Origin: Vulcanimicrobiales bacterium
GTDB lineage: Bacteria; Vulcanimicrobiota; Vulcanimicrobiia; Vulcanimicrobiales; Vulcanimicrobiaceae
DNA: 64,000 nt
Direction: 5' to 3'
Assembly: GCA_038215615.1 (NCBI GenBank)
Contig: JBBQQR010000008.1
Coordinates: 1-64,000 of the forward strand
The number at the start of each line of letters is the position of its first letter. Positions within the stretch are counted from its first letter, which is position 1. This document shows positions 50,494-61,320 of the stretch, piece after piece. The notes below the pieces were generated by a model. It was given only the letters and a program-made list of their open reading frames with translations, was not told where the DNA came from and did no database searches. The translations under genes were made by a program, and so were the position numbers.

Positions 50494-53400
50494 TTGCAGA
50501 TTTCCTCGTTCGGCCTGCGTCACAGTAAAACGATTGCGTTCCTCGTGGCGATGCTCGCCGTCGTCGGCGTGTGGGCCTACGCCGTCACGCCCGCGAGCAT
50601 TTTCCCCGACATGTCTTTCGCGCGAATCGACGTCGTCGTGGAAGCGGGCGACCTTCCGCCCGATCAGGTGCGCACGGCAGTCGCGGTTCCTTTAGAGAAC
50701 GCGTTTCTGGGATTGCCGTCGGTCTCGCGGGTCACGGCGAATTCGGCGCAAGGCAGCGCCGAATTTTTGGTGACGTTCGATCCCAAGACCGATGCGCGCT
50801 TCGACCTGCAGTACGTGAACCAGGCCGTGGCGCAAGTGCGCGCGTCGATACCGGCGCTCACGAACGTCGAAGCCGTCATCGTAAATCCAAACAGTGAGCC
50901 GGTCGTTTCGTACGCCTTGGTCTCTCACTCGATGTCGCAAACGATGCTGCGCGAGCTCGCGCAGCAGTCACTCCTTCCGGAGTTCTACGGCACACCCGGA
51001 CTGGCGCGCATCCTCATGGTCGGCGGCCCGCAGCGCGAATATCACGTCACGCTCGATCCGGCGGCGCTGGCGTCGCGCGGACTCACCGCGCAAGACGTCG
51101 CAAATGCGGTAGCCGGGGCGAACAACGTCAGCTCGCTCGGAGTCGCTCAGCAGTATTACCGGCGCAATGTCCTCGTGCTCGACGCCGGCGTCAAGAACGC
51201 GGCTGCGATCGCTTCTATCGTCGTTCCGGCGGGCGGACGGGCCGCCCCGGTGGCGGTGGGACAATTGGGCTCCGTAACGCTGGGTGTTGCGCCGTCAACG
51301 ACGCAGGTGAGTTACGATGCGCAACATGCGGTCGCGCTCAATTTCTTCGGGTTGCCGGGTGCGGACGCGGTGAAAATGGCGGCTGGCATTAAAGCCAAGA
51401 TGTCCGCGCTTTTAGCGCACTTGCCGGGAGACATCACCGTCTCACGCTTCTGGGATCAGACCGATCTCGTCGTCGAATCTCAACGCAGCCTCCGCGACGC
51501 AATTCTCGCCGGTGCGTTTCTGGCAATTCTGGTCATCCTGGTCTTTCTTCGCAATCTTCGGATGACGCTCGTCGCCGCAATCGTTATTCCGATCGCTATG
51601 ACTATTACGGTTTTCGTGATGAACCGCTTCGGCCAAACCCTGAATTTGATGAGCGTGGGTGGCCTGGCGGTTGCCGTCGGTTTAATCATCGACGACGCTA
51701 TCGTCGTCGTCGAAAACATTTCACGAAATTTTCGCGCCTATCCGGAGATGCGCAAAGCCGACGTTATCACGATCTCCATGGGCGAATTGGCGGCGCCGAT
51801 GGCGGCCTCGACATTCACAACCGTCGTCGTGTTTGTCCCGCTGCTGCTGCTCACGGGCGTAAGCGGCTTCTTCTTCCGCGCGCTCGCGCTGACGCTGGCG
51901 GCTTCGCTCATCGTCTCACTGTGCCTAGCGCTGTTCGTCGCACCCATTTTGGCCGCGAACCTCATACCGGAGAATACGCAGCATACCGAAGATACCGGCT
52001 TCATTGCCAGGCTGCTCGCGCGATACGAGCCACTGCTGCGCTGGGCATTGAGCCACCGCGCGGCGATGTACGGCGGATCGGTTGCCGTGCTGATCGTTAC
52101 CGGGCTGCTGCTCGCGAAACTACCGAGCGACTTTCTTCCGCACCTCGACGAAGGCCAGTTCGAAATTAGATATGCTATGCCGGTCGGCACGACGCTCGAG
52201 GCAAGCGACACAGCTGCCACCACAATGGAACGCATCGCGCTGCGCGATCCGGCGATCGAGTCCGTCGGCCGTTTTACCGGGATCGATACCAATGGATTTT
52301 CACCCACGCAAGTGCGGCAAGGCACGATCCGCCTGCGCCTGCGCACCGGTAGCCGTCCCTCCTACGAAGTCGTCAGCGAGCGGTTGCGCGATGCGTTTAC
52401 AACCGCGATTCCGGCCGCGCAATTCAACTTCCATCAAATACTCGAGGACATGATCAACGACATGTCCGGCGCGCCTTCGCCGATTCAAATCACGGTGCGC
52501 GGCCCGGATCAAGACCTGCTGATCTCGCTGGCGAACCGGATCACCGATAGGATCGCCGGCGTGCCGGGACTTGCCGACGCGTTTTCGGGCGTCAGCTACG
52601 ACGATCCGACTATGCGCATCTCACCTTACGGAGGACGTCTGGCAGCTTTGAATCTTACAGCCGCCGACTTAGGAAACGCGCTGCAGGCTTCCGCCCAGGG
52701 CGGTATCGCCACGAACGTGGCGGGCACGCTGGACCGCGTCCCGGTGCGCGTGAGTATGGTGAGGCCACCAGGTGGCGCGGCCGCGGGCCTGATCTCGACG
52801 CCGTCCGGCGTCGTGGCGCTGAACTCCGTCGCGCAGGTCGCTCCGAGCCGGCTCTCGACCGACATCAGCGAAATCAATGGCGCACGCGTGATTACGATCA
52901 CGGCAAATTATGCCGGCGTCACACTTTCGTCGGTGATCGGCGGCGTCCAAAGAACCCTCCAAAGCATGTCGTTACCGCCCGGTTATTCGGCCAGCATTGG
53001 GGGCGCGTACGAAGCGCAGCAGCAATCGTTTCGCGAGTTCGCGCAGGTCGTACTCATGGCGATCGCACTGGTCTACTTCGTGATGCTGGCGGCATTCAGA
53101 TCGTACCGGCTCCCGATGGTTATCCTCACCGCTATCCCGCTCGCGATTATCGGCGTTGCTATCGCGCTGTTCGTCACGGGGACGCCGTTCAATGTCTCGT
53201 CCTTCATGGGAATACTGCTGCTCGTCGGTATCGTCGTAAAAAACGGCATCTTACTGATCGACGTAGCCAACAAACGCCGCCTGGAGGGCGCCAACGTGCA
53301 CGACGCGCTCGTGGCTGCGGGACGAACGCGCCTGCGGCCGATCGTGATGACGACCTTCGCTGCGATCGGCGGTTTGCTGCCGCTCGCATTCGGCATCGGA

Positions 53401-53529
53401 TCCGGTTCGGCGATGGAACAACCCTTGGCTATTGCCGTCATCGGCGGCCTTTCGACCGCCACCGCGTTTACACTGATCGTGATTCCCGTGCTGTACGCCG
53501 GATTTGCGGGAAAGAGCGCGCTCGAATGA
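50494..53529 (+). CDS. RND efflux permease (CusA/CzcA-like)
   Basis: 1011 aa; GLIIDDAIVVVEN, LDEG, GIVVKNGILL and RLRPIVMT motifs. Confidence 0.93.
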   Translation: MQISSFGLRHSKTIAFLVAMLAVVGVWAYAVTPASIFPDMSFARIDVVVEAGDLPPDQVRTAVAVPLENAFLGLPSVSRVTANSAQGSAEFLVTFDPKTDARFDLQYVNQAVAQVRASIPALTNVEAVIVNPNSEPVVSYALVSHSMSQTMLRELAQQSLLPEFYGTPGLARILMVGGPQREYHVTLDPAALASRGLTAQDVANAVAGANNVSSLGVAQQYYRRNVLVLDAGVKNAAAIASIVVPAGGRAAPVAVGQLGSVTLGVAPSTTQVSYDAQHAVALNFFGLPGADAVKMAAGIKAKMSALLAHLPGDITVSRFWDQTDLVVESQRSLRDAILAGAFLAILVILVFLRNLRMTLVAAIVIPIAMTITVFVMNRFGQTLNLMSVGGLAVAVGLIIDDAIVVVENISRNFRAYPEMRKADVITISMGELAAPMAASTFTTVVVFVPLLLLTGVSGFFFRALALTLAASLIVSLCLALFVAPILAANLIPENTQHTEDTGFIARLLARYEPLLRWALSHRAAMYGGSVAVLIVTGLLLAKLPSDFLPHLDEGQFEIRYAMPVGTTLEASDTAATTMERIALRDPAIESVGRFTGIDTNGFSPTQVRQGTIRLRLRTGSRPSYEVVSERLRDAFTTAIPAAQFNFHQILEDMINDMSGAPSPIQITVRGPDQDLLISLANRITDRIAGVPGLADAFSGVSYDDPTMRISPYGGRLAALNLTAADLGNALQASAQGGIATNVAGTLDRVPVRVSMVRPPGGAAAGLISTPSGVVALNSVAQVAPSRLSTDISEINGARVITITANYAGVTLSSVIGGVQRTLQSMSLPPGYSASIGGAYEAQQQSFREFAQVVLMAIALVYFVMLAAFRSYRLPMVILTAIPLAIIGVAIALFVTGTPFNVSSFMGILLLVGIVVKNGILLIDVANKRRLEGANVHDALVAAGRTRLRPIVMTTFAAIGGLLPLAFGIGSGSAMEQPLAIAVIGGLSTATAFTLIVIPVLYAGFAGKSALE

Positions 53530-54710
53530 TTGCAGCGGTCGTCCTCGCGGCTCTTTCACTCAGTACGGTACTCGACCGCGCCGTAACGGTCTCGCCCGAC
53601 GTCACACAAGCGCGCGAACGGGTCAACGAGCAGGCCGCACTGCTCGCCGCCGCACATGCATCCGCCTCGCCCGCGATCACGGCAAACTACGCCCAGTCGC
53701 CGCAAGCCGGAAACAACAACGAAACGATCGCTCAGCGCTTGCTCACGGTCGGCGGCCAGGTTACGCTGGGCGACTACTTTACGTACTCACCGGTCGTGCG
53801 GCAAGCGCAAGCAAACCTCGAAGCGGCGCAGTTCGATCTGCTGGAGTCGCAACGCACAGAGCGAGTCAAAACCAGCGGACTCTATTTTTCCACCCTAAGG
53901 GCGGGAGCCGAGCTGACTCTGCGCGACCAGCTCGTGGCCGGAGCGCAAAGCGACCTTCGCGCCGCCGAACTGCGTTACCACGCCGGCGACGCGCCGCGCC
54001 TCGACATCGTGCGGGCGCAAGTTTCGCTGGCGCGCGCCCAAGGGGACCGCAACGCGGCTGCAACCGGCTTGCTCAACGCGCAGACGGCGTTGGCTATCGA
54101 GCTGGACGAGCCGGGGAAAATCGATCTTGCCTCAACGTTCTCCGCAGCCATGGCATCTGCCGATCCGCAAACTTTCGTCTTGCGGGCGCTCGCTCAACGC
54201 AGCGATCTCGCTTCCGCGGAGCGCGCCGTTGCGGCGGAGTCGGCGGCCGTCGGAGTCGCACAGCGCGCAAACATGCCGGCGATCGTGATTAATGCCGGCT
54301 ATACCGCCGGGACGGACACGGGAATATTCGTCCGCGGTCCATCTGCGAACGTACAGCTAACGTTCCCGGTGTCGCGCGCGGCCGCAAGCCGGGCCGACGC
54401 CGAACGCGCGCGTCTCGCCCAAGCGCAAGCGCGAGTGCAATCGCTCCGCAAGACGATCTCCGTTGAGGTGGGGAACGCCGCGCGCACGTACACCGAAACT
54501 GTCCGCGCAACGCACATCGCAACACGCGCACGCATCGCAGCGCAGCAAGAACTGGCCGCGACTCAAACGGGATACCGCAGCGGAGCGAGTTCAAGTTTAG
54601 ACGTGGCCGACGCCAGGCGGACATATGTCCAGGCCGCGCTCGACGAACTGACCGCCATGTACGCGCGGGCCCACGCGGCGGCAGCGCTGGAAGAGTTGCT
54701 AGGACCATGA
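53526..54710 (+). CDS. TolC family outer membrane factor
   Basis: OEP repeats (RYHAGDAPRLD, GYRSGASSSLDV); overlaps the RND gene stop. Confidence 0.85.
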   Translation: MIAAVVLAALSLSTVLDRAVTVSPDVTQARERVNEQAALLAAAHASASPAITANYAQSPQAGNNNETIAQRLLTVGGQVTLGDYFTYSPVVRQAQANLEAAQFDLLESQRTERVKTSGLYFSTLRAGAELTLRDQLVAGAQSDLRAAELRYHAGDAPRLDIVRAQVSLARAQGDRNAAATGLLNAQTALAIELDEPGKIDLASTFSAAMASADPQTFVLRALAQRSDLASAERAVAAESAAVGVAQRANMPAIVINAGYTAGTDTGIFVRGPSANVQLTFPVSRAAASRADAERARLAQAQARVQSLRKTISVEVGNAARTYTETVRATHIATRARIAAQQELAATQTGYRSGASSSLDVADARRTYVQAALDELTAMYARAHAAAALEELLGP

Positions 54711-55846
54711 AAAGGCTGTCACTGCCGGCTGCCGTCTGCCTTTTGCTCGCAGGTGCCGCTTGCGCGCGCGGCACGAACGCACCGTCGAAATCGGCGTCGG
54801 CGGTCGCGCTTGCGACCGCCCGAATCGGCACGTTCGTAGAAACGCTTTCGGCGACCGGCCGGATCGGCGCGCCTGCGGGTGCGGTAACGAAACTCTCATT
54901 CGCCGTACCGGGCATTTTGACGAGTACGGTCGTCGCAATCGGCCAGCACGTCGGCGCAGGCCAAGCGTTGGCGCAACTCGACGTCAGCGGTCTTTCCCTC
55001 ACGGCCTCCCAGACACAAGCCGACGCGAATGTCGCAGCTGCCAACGCACAGCAATCGGCGGTCGACCGCACGAGCGCTAAGATCGCCGTCGACCGCGCCG
55101 CCGTGCAGCGCGCGCAATCGTTGTACGCTGCCGGCGTGGCGCCGCTCAAGGACGTACAGAGTGCGCGCGCGCAGCTCGCCGCCGATTTCGCCGAAGCGCA
55201 AACGGCAATAGCGCAAGTGCACTCGTCCGGAGCGCATGTGCAGAGCGCGCAGGCCCGAGCCGCATTGGCGCAGCGCGATCTTGCCAACGGCACGCTTCGC
55301 TCTCCCATCGATGGGGTCGTCACCGCAATCTATAAACGCCCGGGAGAGTCCGTGGATATGGCGACGCCGGTGATCGCCATCGCGCCGGGCAGCTCCGGTG
55401 ACGTGACGCTCGACGTCACATCCGCCGATGCGGCGCGCGTACGTCCGGGCGACCGCGCGAGCGTCACCGTACCCGGAACCGGTCTGCAGACCGTGGGACG
55501 CGTTGCGGGCGTTTCTCCCGCTCTCGATCCGACGACGGAAGCAGCGACCGTTGTTGTGAGCGGAATCCCGAGCGGCGCGCCGGGCGGAAGCGCCGTTCAA
55601 GCAATCATAGAAGTCGCACGCGATCGCGGAATCATCATCCCGCAAAGCGCCATCGTGGAGGATCCGCAAACCGGCAAAACGCTCGTATTCGTACAAACGA
55701 CGGGCAAAAACGGCGCCTCAACATTTGCGCAGCGCGACGTAGTCGTCGCGCAGCGGAACGGGTCGCAAGCGCTTATCGCAAGGGGGCTGCGCGCCGGCGA
55801 GCGCGTCGCGGCACAAGGCGGATTCGCACTGCTCTCACCTTTTTAG
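54707..55846 (+). CDS. RND periplasmic adaptor subunit
   Basis: Lipoprotein-like signal, coiled coil, LRSPIDGVV, IPQSAIV and GLRAGERV motifs. Confidence 0.9.
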   Translation: MKRLSLPAAVCLLLAGAACARGTNAPSKSASAVALATARIGTFVETLSATGRIGAPAGAVTKLSFAVPGILTSTVVAIGQHVGAGQALAQLDVSGLSLTASQTQADANVAAANAQQSAVDRTSAKIAVDRAAVQRAQSLYAAGVAPLKDVQSARAQLAADFAEAQTAIAQVHSSGAHVQSAQARAALAQRDLANGTLRSPIDGVVTAIYKRPGESVDMATPVIAIAPGSSGDVTLDVTSADAARVRPGDRASVTVPGTGLQTVGRVAGVSPALDPTTEAATVVVSGIPSGAPGGSAVQAIIEVARDRGIIIPQSAIVEDPQTGKTLVFVQTTGKNGASTFAQRDVVVAQRNGSQALIARGLRAGERVAAQGGFALLSPF

Positions 55847-57364
55847 CTAGAGGTTCGGCGCGAGCCCGACTTCTATTCCGGTCTCAAACGTCCGGTTCCA
55901 CGGCAGCGTGATTTGGATCGCTGCGATATGGTAGGACGGATAGAGCTGCTTGAGGATCGCCGCGGCCCGGTTCCACAGCGCAGCGCGATTGAGGTCGGCA
56001 ATCGGCGCGGCTTGTTCGGCGAGCAAATACGTATGGTCCGTAACGCCTTGCGCGGTGAGCGCTGCATTGATCTGCGGCCGGACGAAGTCATGAAAGGCGT
56101 AGTCGTCGACGATTCGGTCGAACGTAAACTCAGCGTGGGCGAGCGCGTCGTAGGTCCCGCTGCGGCGGCCCGCGCCGGCAGCAACCGCTTCCGCAACCGC
56201 CGTGCCGACCGTATTTGCGTTCGTGTTCCACGACGCATAAGAATCCAGTTTGGTCGCGATCCCGCTATCGAGCAGCCGTTGCGCGAAGGCCGCCTGCACC
56301 GAGAACGTATTCCGCAGAAACGTCAAATCCGCAAACGCCACCGAGCGTCCCGCTTGCTCGTGCGCCTTCATCGATGCCAGCAAGTCGTCATCGTGCGCGG
56401 GATCGGTATTGGGAACGCGGACGAACAACGTGATATCCGGCTGCGCATCGTCGCGCACGGCGCCGCAGAGACGTATGAGTCCGTCTATCGCAGTTTCGAT
56501 CGGCGCGAACTCCAGCGGATCGTTGAGCCCGGCGCCGCCCGGCATCGAGTAGGTCACGGCGACTCGCGGCGTCCATCCGGAGTTGCGCGCGATCGCTTGC
56601 GCGACCATCGCCATCCCCAGTTCGTCGGCGCCCGGTTCGATCGCAACGCGATCTTCCAAGCCGGCTTGCGCGACCGACGCTTGCAGCGCGCGTACGTCTT
56701 TGACGTGAAGGCCAACCGGGCCGGCGTCATCTTGCCCGAGCGCGAGACGATCGATCGTGCCGGCGGCCACCAGTTTTATCAGGAGATCGTCGACTGCGTA
56801 GTCGCGGTAACGCGCGTTCAAATAGCCTTGCAGCGTCTGGTCGCCAATCAAGGCACGCAATTGCGCCGCCCGGGCTTCTTGCGCCGGCAGAATTGGATCG
56901 TGCAGGTTGGCGAATTCCTGTATGTATGTCCAAACCGGATAAGGCGCGAAAAATGACTGTGCGCGTCCGACGGCGGGAATGCCGGTCGGCGCAAGGCGCA
57001 TGACGGTTCCAAACGCGCCGATCCAGGCGGTGGGATACCGGCGGCGCAATTGCTGCAGCGAGCGTAGGCGAAAATACGCGTCACTGTAGGCCGTTTCGGG
57101 AACGCGTGAAGCGATCAATCCGCCGTAGGCCAGCATGTCCGCGCTCACGACGAACTGACCGGTGCGCGCTGCCTGCGAGCCGTTGAGCCACGCGATGATC
57201 GCGTCAGGCTTCCCAAAGTCCAAATAATTGCCGAGCAGCGGCAGCGGGGGCTCGGCTACCGGCACGCCTGCAATGCGCCCCAAAAGTTGGGGGAGCTGTC
57301 GCGTGACCGGGCGATCGTCCAGCGGAACGAACGCGATCGCCGCCAGCACGAACGCCGCCAACAT
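55847..57364 (-). CDS. DUF4127 family protein
   Basis: FVPLDDRP, DMLAYGGLIASR, GQDD, PGADE and YASWNTNANTVG motifs. Confidence 0.8.
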   Translation of the reverse strand: MLAAFVLAAIAFVPLDDRPVTRQLPQLLGRIAGVPVAEPPLPLLGNYLDFGKPDAIIAWLNGSQAARTGQFVVSADMLAYGGLIASRVPETAYSDAYFRLRSLQQLRRRYPTAWIGAFGTVMRLAPTGIPAVGRAQSFFAPYPVWTYIQEFANLHDPILPAQEARAAQLRALIGDQTLQGYLNARYRDYAVDDLLIKLVAAGTIDRLALGQDDAGPVGLHVKDVRALQASVAQAGLEDRVAIEPGADELGMAMVAQAIARNSGWTPRVAVTYSMPGGAGLNDPLEFAPIETAIDGLIRLCGAVRDDAQPDITLFVRVPNTDPAHDDDLLASMKAHEQAGRSVAFADLTFLRNTFSVQAAFAQRLLDSGIATKLDSYASWNTNANTVGTAVAEAVAAGAGRRSGTYDALAHAEFTFDRIVDDYAFHDFVRPQINAALTAQGVTDHTYLLAEQAAPIADLNRAALWNRAAAILKQLYPSYHIAAIQITLPWNRTFETGIEVGLAPNL

Positions 57365-58254
57365 TATAACTGCTGCAGTGCGCGGCGAAGCGAGCCGCCG
57401 TGCGCGTCGAGCTGCGCGCGTGCCTCCTGAGCCGTTAGCGCGCCCTGCCCCATGACGACCGCAACTTTCACCCGGCCGCCCGCGGATTCCAGCAACTGCG
57501 CAGCAGTCGCTTCATCGGTTGCGACCAGCTGCATCACCAGACGCAGCGCGCGCTTGCGCAATTTGCTATTGCTCGCGACGACGTCGACCATGAGATTGTC
57601 GTAGACCTTATCGAGTCTGACCATCGTCGCGGTCGAAAGCGTGTTGAGCAGCACTTTCTGCGCGGTGCCCGCTTTCAACCGCGTCGAACCCGCGACCGGT
57701 TCGGGCCCCGTGTCCAAGACGATCGTCAAGTCTGCCGCGGCGCCGAGTTCGGTTGGGGAATTATTCGTCACGCCGAGCGTCCATGCTCCGGTCTCGCGCG
57801 CAGCCAGCAGCGCGCGGATGACAAACGCCGCGCCTCCGCTCGCGCTCAGGCCGATCACCGCGTCGCCGGTTTGCACGTGCCCATGCATTTCGCGTTCGCC
57901 GGCATCGCCGTCATCTTCGGCGCCCTCGATCGCGTGTGTTAGCGCGTCGCGCCCGCCGGCGATATGCGCGCAGACCAGCGCCGGATCCGTTCCGAACGTC
58001 GGCGGCATCTCCGACGCATCGAGAAACGCGATACGTCCACTGCTTCCGGCCCCGACATAGTGCATCTTTCCGCCCGACGCCAAACGCATCGCTATTTCAT
58101 CCACGGCTTGCGCGATGACGCCGCCCACTGCCACGACCGCAGCGACGGCCTCGCGTTGCTCGAGAGCGAGCACCGCGACGAGCTCGTCCACCGGCATACG
58201 GTCGAGCGAAGTTGTGCGCGGGTTGCGCCCTTCAGTCTGGGGCAGGTCATTCAT
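57364..58254 (-). CDS. murQ: N-acetylmuramic acid 6-phosphate etherase
   Basis: TEGRNP, GAGSSGR, DASEMPPTF, GPEPVAGSTRLKAGTAQK and NLMVDV motifs. Confidence 0.95.
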   Translation of the reverse strand: MNDLPQTEGRNPRTTSLDRMPVDELVAVLALEQREAVAAVVAVGGVIAQAVDEIAMRLASGGKMHYVGAGSSGRIAFLDASEMPPTFGTDPALVCAHIAGGRDALTHAIEGAEDDGDAGEREMHGHVQTGDAVIGLSASGGAAFVIRALLAARETGAWTLGVTNNSPTELGAAADLTIVLDTGPEPVAGSTRLKAGTAQKVLLNTLSTATMVRLDKVYDNLMVDVVASNSKLRKRALRLVMQLVATDEATAAQLLESAGGRVKVAVVMGQGALTAQEARAQLDAHGGSLRRALQQL

Positions 58255-59150
58255 AACAAATGCTCCGCGGCGCGGAGTGCGCCCGCAGCCGGAGCGGGAT
58301 TATCTTTGCGAATAGGCATCTCGGGAAAGTCGTTGAGCAAACGCGTTTCGAGCAGAAAGGTCAGCAAACTGCTGGCCGAGAGGAGGCCGCCCGAAAACGC
58401 AATCGGCGCATTGGAACCTGTCAACCCGGCAGATGTAATCGCCGCCTTCACCAAGCTGTTCAGTTCCGCGGCCGCCTGCTGCACGATCTTGGAAGCCGAG
58501 CGGTCGCCGCGACCGGCGGATTCGATGACGATTGGAGCGAGCGCTGCAAGAGCGCGTGCCGGCTCTTGGGCGGAATAGACTTTTTGCAACGTTTCGTTGA
58601 GTGAGCTGACTTCAAGCGCCGCTTCTAGTTCTTGCGCAAAAGCATCGCGCGGCGCACGTCCGTCGTAGGCCCGCAATAATCGATCGACGGCCGCCGCGCC
58701 GATACCGAATCCCGATCCGGCGTCGCCGAACAAATACCCGTAGCCGCCGCTGCGGAATCCCGCGCCGGCTCGCTGCGCGTACGCGATCGCGCCGGTTCCG
58801 GCAATGACCACCGTTCCGTCGCCCTCCGGCACCGCCGCGCGCAGCGCGATGTACGCATCGTCACGTACTTCCACGTTCGCGCCTTCGAAGCGGGACTCAA
58901 GCGCGTTTTTTAGCTCGCCCGCAACGCCTTCACGTCCCGCGCCGGCCGCGCCGACGAAAATAGCGCCCGGAAGAGCGCCGCCGAGCGCAAGTTCGATCGT
59001 TTTCGCAATGCTGTCGCCGGCCCGCTCGGCGCCCAGCACCGTTGGATTTGCCGAGCCGCCGTACCACACGCCCTTACAATGTCCGTCCATCGAGTAGGTA
59101 ACGGCGGTTTTCGATCCGCCGGCGTCGACGCCGACCGCTATTCGCGACAT
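58251..59150 (-). CDS. BadF/BcrA-type amino sugar kinase (GlcNAc/MurNAc kinase-like)
   Basis: GVDAGGSKT, VIAGTG and GGYGYLFGDAGSG motifs. Confidence 0.85.
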   Translation of the reverse strand: MSRIAVGVDAGGSKTAVTYSMDGHCKGVWYGGSANPTVLGAERAGDSIAKTIELALGGALPGAIFVGAAGAGREGVAGELKNALESRFEGANVEVRDDAYIALRAAVPEGDGTVVIAGTGAIAYAQRAGAGFRSGGYGYLFGDAGSGFGIGAAAVDRLLRAYDGRAPRDAFAQELEAALEVSSLNETLQKVYSAQEPARALAALAPIVIESAGRGDRSASKIVQQAAAELNSLVKAAITSAGLTGSNAPIAFSGGLLSASSLLTFLLETRLLNDFPEMPIRKDNPAPAAGALRAAEHLL

Positions 59151-60286
59151 TCAGTCCGCATCTTATCAAGGAGGGCATCCAAATCATGCGGCGCGATTGC
59201 GCCCAATACCACGGGGCCGCCCGCGCCGGTCGAGCGCGGCACGTTTGCCGCGCGTCCCCGCAGAGTCTCGTATCCGAGAATCGCAAATGCCACCGCTTCT
59301 TTTGCATCCGCTCGCAGGTTCATGACCTCGGACGATTCGACGCGGCGATCGGGCAGACGCTGCTGGAGCTCGCGTAAGATGGCCGGATTTTTCGCGCCCC
59401 CGCCACTGACCAATACGTGTGCTCCCCGGGCCGCGGAGGCATCGATAGCCGCTGCAAGTGACGCCGCCGTCAGTGCGGCAAGAGTCGCCGCCCCGTCTTC
59501 GAGTGAAAGCGCGTCGAGCCGGGTCTTGTGCTCGTCCAAAAATTGCGCGCCAAAGCGTTCACGCCCGGTCGTTTTGGGAGGCGCGATCGCGAAATACGGA
59601 TCGGCCAGCATCGCTTCGAGCACGGGTTGATTCACGGATCCCCCAAGCGCCGTTTTGCCGTCGCGATCGAAGCGTTGGGCTCCATTCGTACGGCGGAACA
59701 CGAACGTGTCTATCAACATATTTCCGGGTCCGCTATCGTAGCCGATCACATCTTGCGGCGCCGAACGGCGCGGAATGACCGTGAAGTTCGCGATACCTCC
59801 GATATTTACGGCGACGCGATCTTCTGCGTCGCTGGCCAGCAAGAGCGCATCCACGTAAGGCACGAGCGGAGCTCCCTGACCCCCGGCCGCGCAATCGGCG
59901 CTGCGAAAATCGTAACAGACGGTCCGCCCGACGGCTTGCCGGATGACGAACGGATCGCCGACCTGCAGCGTCGTGTGCGCGTCGCCGTCGTGATAGATCG
60001 TTTGGCCGTGTGAAGCAACGAAATCGACGGCGGCCTTTCCCGCCACATAAAGCGCAGCTTTGGCGAACGTTTGGCCGAGCATGCGATGCAGCCGCGCAAC
60101 GGCGCGCGTCGTGCCGGCATTGGGCGGCAGCGCCTCACGCAGCGCCGCGCGTTCGTCTTGCGCGTACGGCGTCGTCTGAAAATCGAGCACGTCGACTTCG
60201 TACGAACGTCCGCGCGGCACGAGTCTGACCAGCGCCGCATCCACGCCATCCAGCGACGTGCCGCTCATCAATCCCACCGCGATCAT
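59138..60286 (-). CDS. anmK: Anhydro-N-acetylmuramic acid kinase
   Basis: GLMSGTSLDGVD, SHGQT, GGQGAPL, NIGGIAN and PPKTTGRE motifs; start set at ATG 60286. Confidence 0.95.
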   Translation of the reverse strand: MIAVGLMSGTSLDGVDAALVRLVPRGRSYEVDVLDFQTTPYAQDERAALREALPPNAGTTRAVARLHRMLGQTFAKAALYVAGKAAVDFVASHGQTIYHDGDAHTTLQVGDPFVIRQAVGRTVCYDFRSADCAAGGQGAPLVPYVDALLLASDAEDRVAVNIGGIANFTVIPRRSAPQDVIGYDSGPGNMLIDTFVFRRTNGAQRFDRDGKTALGGSVNQPVLEAMLADPYFAIAPPKTTGRERFGAQFLDEHKTRLDALSLEDGAATLAALTAASLAAAIDASAARGAHVLVSGGGAKNPAILRELQQRLPDRRVESSEVMNLRADAKEAVAFAILGYETLRGRAANVPRSTGAGGPVVLGAIAPHDLDALLDKMRTECRE

Positions 60287-61320
60287 CGAAGACCCAAGTC
60301 TTCCACCATCGATTCGTAAAAGGCCGCGCGCAAATCGCGCGTGTCGTTTCGACCGAAATAGACCGAGTTCGTCAGTAAGACGCCGCTGCAGTCGCGCTGC
60401 GGATCCGCCCAAACGCACGTGCCGACGAAACCCGTATGCCCGAAAGTTTCGCGCGAAAGATAGCGTCCGCAAGAGTTCTCATCGTTCGTCTTCAAAGCCC
60501 AGCCCAAGCCGCGGCGCAGAACCGGATCGAACGCCTGCTCCGCGAGCGCTTCGCGCGCGAGTTGCGGCGGCAGAGCTTTGGCCGGGCGTTCTGCCGCAGC
60601 CGACAGATACTCTTCGGCCAGCGCCGCGACATCCGATGCGCTGCCGAAAATTCCCGCATGTCCGGCCGTGCCGCCCATCAGATAAGCTTTCTCGTCGTGC
60701 ACGAAGCCTTGGACGCGTCCGCGCCAGCCGTCATCTTCCGTCGCCGGAATCGAATCTCGCCAACGAGTCGGCGGAACGTAGATCGCCGGACGTGCCAGCG
60801 CCCTTAGACTCCGTTGTGCGCGGCGGCGCAAAAGTTCGCCCACGGCGATAAAACCGAGATCGCTATAGATGACGCGCTCGCCAGGGGCGGCCACCAGGTC
60901 GCGCTCCAGCGAAAACTGCACGACGTTGCGATCGCGCAATTCGCGATAGTCCGCGCCCGAATTCATCCCCGATGTGTGAGCCAGCAGCATGCGCAAAGTG
61001 ATCGCCGCATGCGGCTTGCCGCTCCACTCGGGAAAAACATCCTTCAGCGATCCGTCGAGGTCGAGCCGGCCTTGCGCGACGGCTCGAAGAGCCAGCGTCG
61101 CTACGAACGGTTTCGTGATGGAAGCCAAGTCGAAGAGCGTATCCACCAAAACTGGGCGTCCTTGCGCGCCCAGACGCGTCACGCCGTATGCGCGCTCAAA
61201 ACGAAGCTGGCCGCCCTGCTCGATGCGCGCCACGGCCCCGGTAAATTGCTTACCACACGCCTCGCGCAAAACGGCGTCGGCGCCTGCGAAGGCTCGATCA
61301 ACCGCGAGCAAGCGCAGCAC
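60283..61320 (-). CDS. Serine hydrolase, beta-lactamase family (AmiE-like candidate)
   Basis: FDLASITK, LLAHTSG, YSDLG, GFVHDE, GHAG and GHTGF motifs; lies between nagZ and anmK. Confidence 0.85.
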   Translation of the reverse strand: MLRLLAVDRAFAGADAVLREACGKQFTGAVARIEQGGQLRFERAYGVTRLGAQGRPVLVDTLFDLASITKPFVATLALRAVAQGRLDLDGSLKDVFPEWSGKPHAAITLRMLLAHTSGMNSGADYRELRDRNVVQFSLERDLVAAPGERVIYSDLGFIAVGELLRRRAQRSLRALARPAIYVPPTRWRDSIPATEDDGWRGRVQGFVHDEKAYLMGGTAGHAGIFGSASDVAALAEEYLSAAAERPAKALPPQLAREALAEQAFDPVLRRGLGWALKTNDENSCGRYLSRETFGHTGFVGTCVWADPQRDCSGVLLTNSVYFGRNDTRDLRAAFYESMVEDLGLR

